Assembly (NCBI GenBank): GCA_951406725.2
Contig: OX597814.1
Location: 187,240,001-187,304,000, forward strand
DNA from: Octopus vulgaris
Lineage: Eukaryota
Length of the DNA: 64,000 bases
Direction of reading: 5' to 3'
The number at the start of each line of letters is the position of its first letter. Positions within the stretch are counted from its first letter, which is position 1. Below, piece by piece: positions 55,514 to 64,000 of this stretch. The notes under the pieces are model-generated. The model was not told where the DNA came from. It did no database searches and saw nothing but the letters and a program-made list of their open reading frames with translations. Made by a program: the position numbers and the translations under genes.

Positions 55514-56446
55514 CTGAAAAGCAAAAATAGATTTTAAGGCTTCAGAAGAGCAAAGAAAAATAATTCTATTATATTCCAATACAAAAGCTAATTCCACAAA
55601 TGTTGACCATATTCCTTATCTAGAGAAAGATTTAAAAAAAAAACTATATGTATATTTAGAGACTCAGGAGTTTGAATGAACTTTACACACACGAACACAC
55701 AAGCACAAAAATTAATGAAACCCATGATTTTATTCTTTTATGCTCAATGACATAAGTGTTCCTAAGATTTCTGATGGTGGGAGAGATGTCTGAAAAATAT
55801 TCAAGCACCACTGTAGGTCATAGATTTGCTAGTTAATAGAAAGGAAACAGGCATTTATACATAAAGCAATTTGTTCACTTTTAGTGATGGCCATGATGAT
55901 GATGATAATGATGAATTTGATGATAAAAATATTTCTTTTTGCTATAGGCACAAGGCCTGAAATTTGGGAGAAAAGTGGAGTAAGTCAACCCCAGAACACA
56001 ATCGGTACTTATTTCATCAACCCTGAAAGGATGAAAGATGAACTTGAAATGTTAAGAGCAGAACAAATATCGCAAAGTGTTTTTTCTCCAATGCTCTAAT
56101 GATTCCACCAGCAATTTTAGGGGAGGGAGGGTCAATTACATAGACCCCAGTTTTCAACTAGTATTTATTTTGTCAGCCTCAAAAAGATGAAAAGCAAAGT
56201 CAACTTCAGTGGGATTTGAACTTAGAGCATAAAGAGCCAGAAGAAATGCCACTCAGTATTTTGACAAATGCACCAATGATTCTGCATTAATAACGATAAT
56301 AATAATTTTTTCAAGTCTAGGCACAAGGCCTGCAATTTTAGGGGTGGGGGTTAGTCGATTACATCAACCCTAGTGCTCCACTGGTACTTATTTTCTCAAC
56401 GAAAGGCAAAGTCAACCTCAGTGGAATAATAACGATGATAATAATA

Positions 56447-56612
56447 AGCCATCTACTCGCAATACCAGAAGGCGCACACTCTCCTACCCTGGTGTAATCT
56501 CCATGGATACAGGCATCCAGCAACAGGACCTCCGTAATGCCATGATGGACCGTGAAGTCTGGCATAGCATGGTAAATTCCATTGTCTCGAGCACGGTCGA
56601 ACGATGATGATG
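56447..56612 (+). mobile_element. 3' end of a different RTE-like LINE
   Basis: RRRTLSYP..DTG..DLRNAMMDREVW followed by (GAT)n/(AAT)n tail. Confidence 0.7.
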
Positions 56613-59404
56613 ATAATAATAATAATAATAATAATGATGATGATGATGATGATGGAACTGCAAGAATTCATCGCAGGGTTCTTGAAGCATGACCAGTAAA
56701 ACAAATGTCACCTTAGCCTGCTGGCTGCAGACACTTTCCATCATACCCAGCAATATAAGCTGTGAGATTTAATACAACAACAACAATAATAATAATAATA
56801 TCCTACAGTATGATGAAATACAAACCTAACAATCAAAAGTATAAATAACATTTCATCACATATATTCATCATTAATCTTTCGAAAGAAACAAATGCACTT
56901 TATGTTTCAAGACTAGAAGCTTGTCTAACAGCAAGCCAAACAATACTGAAATAAATCATTAAATATAATTTAAGGGAAATATATATATAGCTCTGTATTT
57001 GAATAAATAGTTCAGACTAGACTGAAAACTTAATCCTTTGAGAAAACATTTCAAAGTTCAACACTTCTTAGGATTTATTGCAGAGTTAAAAAAACAATAT
57101 ATTTAGCATAAAATAAATAGTTCTCAAATATAAGCTAATTGGAAATGTAAAGAATTCAATGATTTGATGTTAGTGCCTTGAAAGTTTTATGTCTACAAAA
57201 GTCATTTCTATTCTACAATTAAACACTACTTACAACTTCATTAAAAAACACATTCACTTCATTTTATACATTGAAAATTAGAAATTAAATGAAAGCAGCC
57301 TATTCATAACGTACTGCATTTTCAAATAATTTTCAAACATACACACACACATTACATATCTGCAAATACTAACTAATTACTACTGGGAAATATTAACTAG
57401 CATTATACCTTACACAATAATTTAAACCATTAATTATATATGATAAAATCAATTTTATAAGAGACTCAAATTTTTAATACTTATATCACATACACACACT
57501 GAGATATGTATACACATACATACACATATGTTGATTCACTTTTTCAAGAGTAATTTAAACATGTTTAAAAAGTTTTCAGACTAAAATTTAACAAATTTTT
57601 CAAATGTTGCTAAATTCAAGATAATGTAATTTGAATGAATTTTTATATTTTAAATTAGTCTGCAGGCAATGATTTACAATGAATAAATAAACAAATTTAC
57701 AGTTAGTAGACATTTCATGCTTTTCAGTTTTGCTAACTTCCTTATGATAAACAGAAAATACTAAAAACATATCATGCACAAGAAAGAGAGATAAAGAGGG
57801 GAAAAAGACAGAGAGAGAGAGATATAGAGAGTTGGGGAGGGAAAGCTGATTAAATCAAGAAAATGTAACACTGGAATTATTTAAGTGGGTGGATATGATC
57901 TAGTAAGATGGATTGAGTTTTCCTGGTTTGGAAGACCCCACCCTAAAAATGATCTAAAAATATTTAGAGGTATCAAATGTGATAAATGGTAAAGGAATAC
58001 TTCAGTTGTAGTGTTAGTGGATGCATATGGCTCTAAACTTGTGTTTGGAATGAAATTCTACTGCATTCAGTGGCATAAGCAAGGACAAATTAAATTTATA
58101 ATCTAAATAGAAAATATTGCTCTCGCCATGACTTGTTTGAACAAAAGTGGCCATTGAGCCACAAAACGTGTCCCAGTTATATACACTCCTGGGTATGAAA
58201 ATGTCACCACACCCATTGTGTATGTAGAAGTGACCTATTTTTTTTCTCTAAAATACTATTGATTAGGAGTGGGACCAAATGCAATCATGCAGAACAATCC
58301 ACTCTGCACTAGTACAGAAGGTTAGTGTATTCAAAATGATAGGCATGATGAGTAGGCAGAAATTGAACAAAACACCTTTAATCTAAATGGGTTTCATTAA
58401 TCTATAAATAATGAAATATAAAGGTCAACGAAATGTAGCATTCTACCTAAGTTTCCCGGATATTTTTGCCACAGTAACATAAAGTATAACATTGATTTTT
58501 AATTATTTGATTTTCTATATTAGTAATAGTGAAGAAAAGCTAAAATGTGAAAACAAGAAGCAATTTAATAATTTTATTTTATCCCAAATAAAGTATAAAA
58601 TCACGGGTCAGTATGGTATTGTATTTAGCAGGATGGTGGGAATTTAACGTGTAGAATAACTAAGTCCAACAAACACAATACATAGCATCAGATTTCTTAT
58701 AAATCATCAACTGCTGCATAAGTAAAATGCAAGCAGGAAATGTGATGTTAGCTAATTTCCTGACAAACAGACAACTTTACAATAATTCCTGCAGCAGAAT
58801 TCATGTCTTGTTATGTACAGAGTTTGGAATGATTTTAGATCTCAGAGTGAGGTTAACACTCTTTCGTAATTGAAGGAGGGGAAAAAAAAAAGAGCATGTT
58901 TGTCATGTTAACAGGAATGATCATGACACCATGTAAATGAGAATTTACAACACTAACGACTTAAAATTTTAGGAACATGAAAACCATTGGAAATATTAAT
59001 ACTGATTTAATCACATACCATTACAGTATATATACTTAGAGCATGAATTTGAATATTAGTTATGTGTATATAGTTATTATCCTAATTTAAATAAGCTAAA
59101 TATTTAAGCTGGTAATTATTTAAAATGAAGGATGCTAACAATGTCGTATGTATATATAGAGAGAGATTTAACATATACTAGTTGTAAATAACTATAACAG
59201 GTGCATTATAAGTGTGTTAGTAATAATAAAACAATTAAAACAAAACATGGAAAATTAATATAAAGTCCAATAGATGAGAACTAGTGAAAGTATACAAAAT
59301 TAACTGTTTGACTAGAAATTGAATAAATGCAAGAAAACATATTTTGCAACTATCACAATGTTCTCAAATATTGGAAGAGATAACATCTAGGCACTATTAC
59401 TCAC

Positions 59405-59503
59405 GCAACAGATAGGGCTGACGGTGAAGGGGCAGGGTAGTCATGATTACCCGGCAGAGGGAGTGGGGTCGACCCCGGGGTATTCGGTGTGGGTGGATAA
59501 CCA
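59405..59503 (-). CDS. ZMIZ1: ZMIZ-family gene, 99-nt phase 2-2 exon (GYPPTPNTPGSTPLPLPGNHDYPAPSPSALSVA), paralogous to the next exon
   Basis: Acceptor tttttcgttttag, donor GC|gtgagt, open frame; first 11 aa identical to the exon at 55513. Confidence 0.8.
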
Positions 59504-60849
59504 CTAAAACGAAAAATAAATAAGACAAAAGCAAATTAGGATTTCCCAAACAAATCAAAGTAAAAATGTCAATTAATATTGAGAATTGGTAAAAACAAAA
59601 AAAAAAAAAAAAAAAAAAAAATTCAATTAGCAACTAAAATCACAAGCATTGGAGTTATATAAGTAGAAAATTGCTTTAAAAATTAAAAATTAACACATCT
59701 GATATCCCCTAATAGAGTTTAGGATCTTCATAAAATCAATTCATGTTTTTTTTTAAATTAAGCTATGGATTAAAAATCACTTTGATTTTTGTGTATAAAG
59801 TTTTAAATTGATATGTTGTAAAACTATTTTAGAATTAAGTGTAACAGATGAAACTACTTTAACAGGTTTAGATCACTAATTCTAAAACTTAGAGGTAATC
59901 AGGAATGTTTACATTATCTTAAATATGAATTAATACATTCCATATATCTATCATTCCAGTTGATCCAATAGTAACAAGCTACTGAACCAGTTGAAGTAAT
60001 TATAATACCCTACTATGGGAATGAGTAATTTTTGTGTCATTCATTAGAATATATATATGGAATTCTAACTAGGGCATATTCGCAACTACATAAGTATCTT
60101 TATGAGAGAACATTGAACGAAGTACAATAAATAATATATGAAAATTAAAATTTCATGAATAAACAGGATTAATAAATTACACAAAATGAAATTGATTTCA
60201 TTAATACATCAGTATTTGAAGAAACTTCACAAATGCAATGTAATCATCCCCCATACACACATTCACACACACAAAGAAGCAGTTATCTTATATATAAGAA
60301 ATACAAATACAATTAAAAAACACAAACATTATTATAAAAAAAAGCAATTTCCTGAATATTGGGAAAAAAAAGTACATAACATTTAATGAATGGTTGTTAA
60401 ATATGACTACGTGAGATTTTTTCAGTTGGCCTAAAAATTAGGTTTTTCTTTAGCAATTATAATAATTTAGTAACAATCATATATGAGAGAACTGCCAGCA
60501 ATGAAATCTGATTTCACAATGTAATAAACAACAACAATGAAGCAATGCATATAATTTATAAAACAAATTCAATTATGATTGTTAATGAGCTAGGTAACAA
60601 ACTGTGTCTTTTGTTCTTCAATGAGTGTGTATTTATGTGTATGTATGCATATGAGTCCCTGAAGAAAACAGGTTAGTAGGGTTTATCCGTCTCATTGTTA
60701 AAATGTTTTGACCTTTCCCATGAAAGACTTGCTAAAAAATACGCAAATACTTGTTTTCAAAAGGTTTAATTCTATCTGAAAAGAGAGTTTGTTCTTTACA
60801 AATCATTCACTATTCATTAAAAAATACTTTTTATATATATGTATTGCAG

Positions 60850-61880
60850 TTGTTGTCTTACCAACATCAACTTTGCCTTTAATCTTTTCAGGGCTGTTGA
60901 AATAAAGTATGTTAAGTATGACCCCCACCACCAACTGATATTGACTAACCTCCTCCCACAGAATTTCAGGCCTTGTGCCTATAATGGAAACCACATTTAT
61001 TATCATTATTATTATTAAGGTGGTGAGCTGGTAGACTTGTTGGCACACCGGATGAAATGCTTAGGAGTATTTCGCCCAGCATTACATTCTGAGTTCAAAT
61101 TTTGCCGAGGCTGACTTTGCCTTTCATCTCTTCGGGAGGGGGGGTCAATAAATTAAGTACCAGTTGAGTACTGGGGTCAATGTAATTGACTAGTCCCCTC
61201 TCCACAAATTTCAGGCCTTGTGCCTATAATAGAAAGGATTATCGTTATTATAATTTTGGCAGAATCATTAGCACATTGCAAAAAATGCTTTGCGATATTT
61301 ATGTTCTGGCCTTTGCATTCCAAGTTCAAATCCTTTCAGGGTTGATAAAAAGGTATCAGCCAAGTACTGAAATTGATGGTTAGAACCAGCCAGCTTCTCA
61401 AAATTTCTGGTTTTGTGCCTAAGTTAGAGACAACAACAACTATCATAACTAATATTTTGGTAGAAAAGGCTTAATGGTATTTGTTCTGGTTCTTTACATA
61501 CTGAGTTTAAATTCTACCAACATCCAGTTTGGCTTTCATCCTCTTGGAGCTGATAAAACAAAGTGCCAATCAAGTACTGGGTTGATGGTATCAACTAATC
61601 CTCTCCTTTAAATATCAGGCCTTGTGTCTATATTAGAAACAATTCTTCTTCCTATTACTATTATACTAGGAAGGCATCAAACTGGCAGAACTGTTAGCAC
61701 ACTGGACAAAATGTTTAGCTGCATTTCACCTGTATTTACATTCTGAGTTCAAATTCTGCCATGGTTGACTTTACCTTTCATCCTTCTGGGGTCCATAAAA
61801 ATAAGTACCAGTTGATCACTGGCATCAGTGCAGTTGACTAATTCCCTCCCCCTATTATAGGCTTTGTGCCTATAATAATA
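60850..61880 (+). mobile_element. Head-to-tail array of about five family B SINEs
   Basis: Repeated heads (e.g. 61019, 61255, 61670) and GGCCTTGTGCCTATAAT tails. Confidence 0.8.
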
Positions 61881-63393
61881 AAAGATTACTGTTATTATTA
61901 CAATAAAAACAATTTGGTATTTTAGATTTAAGTAAACTAAGATGTTAAAATGCTTTACTTTAGCCACCTGCACAAGTGTGGGTGTATTTCTACCGTGTTA
62001 GACTCAGCTGAGTAGTTTTGCAAATTCTTTTATTGGCATAAATTTTAAGGTTGGATTGCATTAGTCACATGTCCTTCATAATGTTATCAATACAATATTG
62101 AAATTGTAGTCTTTGTAGCACAAGTGTTTTCTGACAGGTATACTGACACAAATAGCATAATGTCCTTCTTAACTGAAACCTCTATTAGCACAATGAAAAT
62201 ATGCCTATCAAATAATTTTTTCAAATAACAAAAAAACGTTTCTATATGTGTATGTGTGTGTATATATATATATATAATAACAAAATAATAAATAAGACAT
62301 ATGCATATAGATGTAGGCATGTACATATATGTATGTATGTATATATGCATATGCTTATATATTATTTTGTTATATGATTGAACGCCACGCATCCACTTCC
62401 AAGTATATATACACACACACAGACTCATATACATGCAATATACTTGTATACACATCTTCACATAAATGCATGTGTGTGTGCGCGCACAAGCACACATACA
62501 TACAAATAAATAAATACAGTCATTAATAAATACAGCTGAATAGGAATGTTATGAAATAATATAGTTTATACAGAGAAAGAATAAGGAAAACTGTCACCAT
62601 GAGGCACAGGTGTTCATAAAGCTTAGTTCTTCTGAGTGCTGCAGTGAAAAATGTGTTCTTTCTCGCTTCTAATAATATACACTTATCGGTCCCACCCCAC
62701 CATCCAGCCCACCCACTCTCTTATGCAAGCATAACAGATTAATTTTGATTACAACCTGAATCCTCAATTCATTCAAAATAATGATAATAAAAAATTTGTA
62801 CACACACACACACTCATAGAGTCTACCTATTATGCATAAATACATTGCATTTTTTTGCTGGCAAAGACAAGGAGTGGGAAAATGCAAATTAATTCTCTCA
62901 ACAATATAAACCACATTACTGTCCTGTTTTCCGAGGCAAATAGTAATAGTATGAAGGTTATTTACTACTATACAATAAGACAAATTATATATACATTTTC
63001 CCAACTAACTCAGTAGTTAGTAATTATCAGAAATGAATGAAATAAGCATATTTTGAAATATTTCCAATCAAAAGAAGGATAGCAATTAAAGTTAATTGTA
63101 AAAATTAAGTAAATCATCTTTTTCTTCTTTTTTTTTAAAAATTTAATTACTCCACTAGGTCTGTTTTAATGTCAATTAATCTTTCTCTTAAATGATATTA
63201 AAATACACTTTATTATTTTTTTAAAGGGAAACAAGTGCCATCAACTGTCACCAAAATCACAGGTGACCAATTAATGAGAATAGGTTAAATAAAAGTTAAT
63301 TAAAGTTCCCAATATTTGTTGTTGATTAAAATAATGATGAACAACCTGAAAAAAAAAATCTAAAACCTTACCAAGTTTTACTTTATTATTAGG

Positions 63394-63462
<69 letters not shown>

Positions 63463-64000
63463 AATTATTTAAGCAGGCTTCCAAAGATCCCAGCCTTGAT
63501 CCTTTGGGGAGTATCCTTCAGACTACCATCACTGCCCACTGCTCTTGCAATTACTTAGTCTGCCTACAACTATTACTACTGCTACTACAATAATTTTTTG
63601 TTTGTTTGGTTATCTATCCAATGTAGTTTTTCAGAAGGATTATAACGTGCATAGACTACAAAGAGACATTTAGTGCAATATAAAAGCAAATCACTTCCGT
63701 GTGCATAACTATACACAGCAGTCATTCAAACCAACATGGAGAAAGACTGAGTTGAAATACAGTGAGTAGTCAGAATATGATTGAAGTTTAAACATGATGT
63801 TGATGCATGTAAGAATAAGGATTTTTAACATGGTCTAAGTAATAACTTGTTGGGAAAAGACAATCCAGTGAAGGAACATGATGAAATGATTTTGACTGAA
63901 AACAGGTGTGGGACTAAAATTACATACAAGTTCTCCTTTCTTTAGTACATTCATGTTGGTTGTCTAACCAGATAAAAGCAAAGTTGACTTTGGCAAGGTT

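Noticed and set aside
60652-60730. CTGAAGA...GAAA hammerhead candidate
   Set aside because: No stem I or convincing stem II could be built

Overview
AT-rich, repeat-dense eukaryotic genomic DNA. The SINE/RTE families and microsatellite load point to a coleoid cephalopod, probably Octopus (inference). The right half holds the 3' part of a multi-exon minus-strand gene encoding a ZMIZ1/Zimp10/tonalli-type SP-RING (MIZ) zinc-finger protein. I traced 14 GT-AG coding exons from 59503 to a TAG at 36434-36436, about 900 codons with all intron phases consistent; the 5' exons lie outside the window. A ~7 kb SINE-poor tract follows the stop and looks like a very long 3' UTR. The left ~29 kb has no supportable host gene and consists of tRNA-derived SINEs, RTE LINE fragments, mariner relics, TTAA-flanked MITEs and nested insertions. 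Most notable observations: a tandemly duplicated frame-symmetric ZMIZ exon, a candidate in-frame microexon/cassette exon, several long intronic fold-back hairpins, a Q30 tract, and short templated insertions. No prokaryote-type system was seen.
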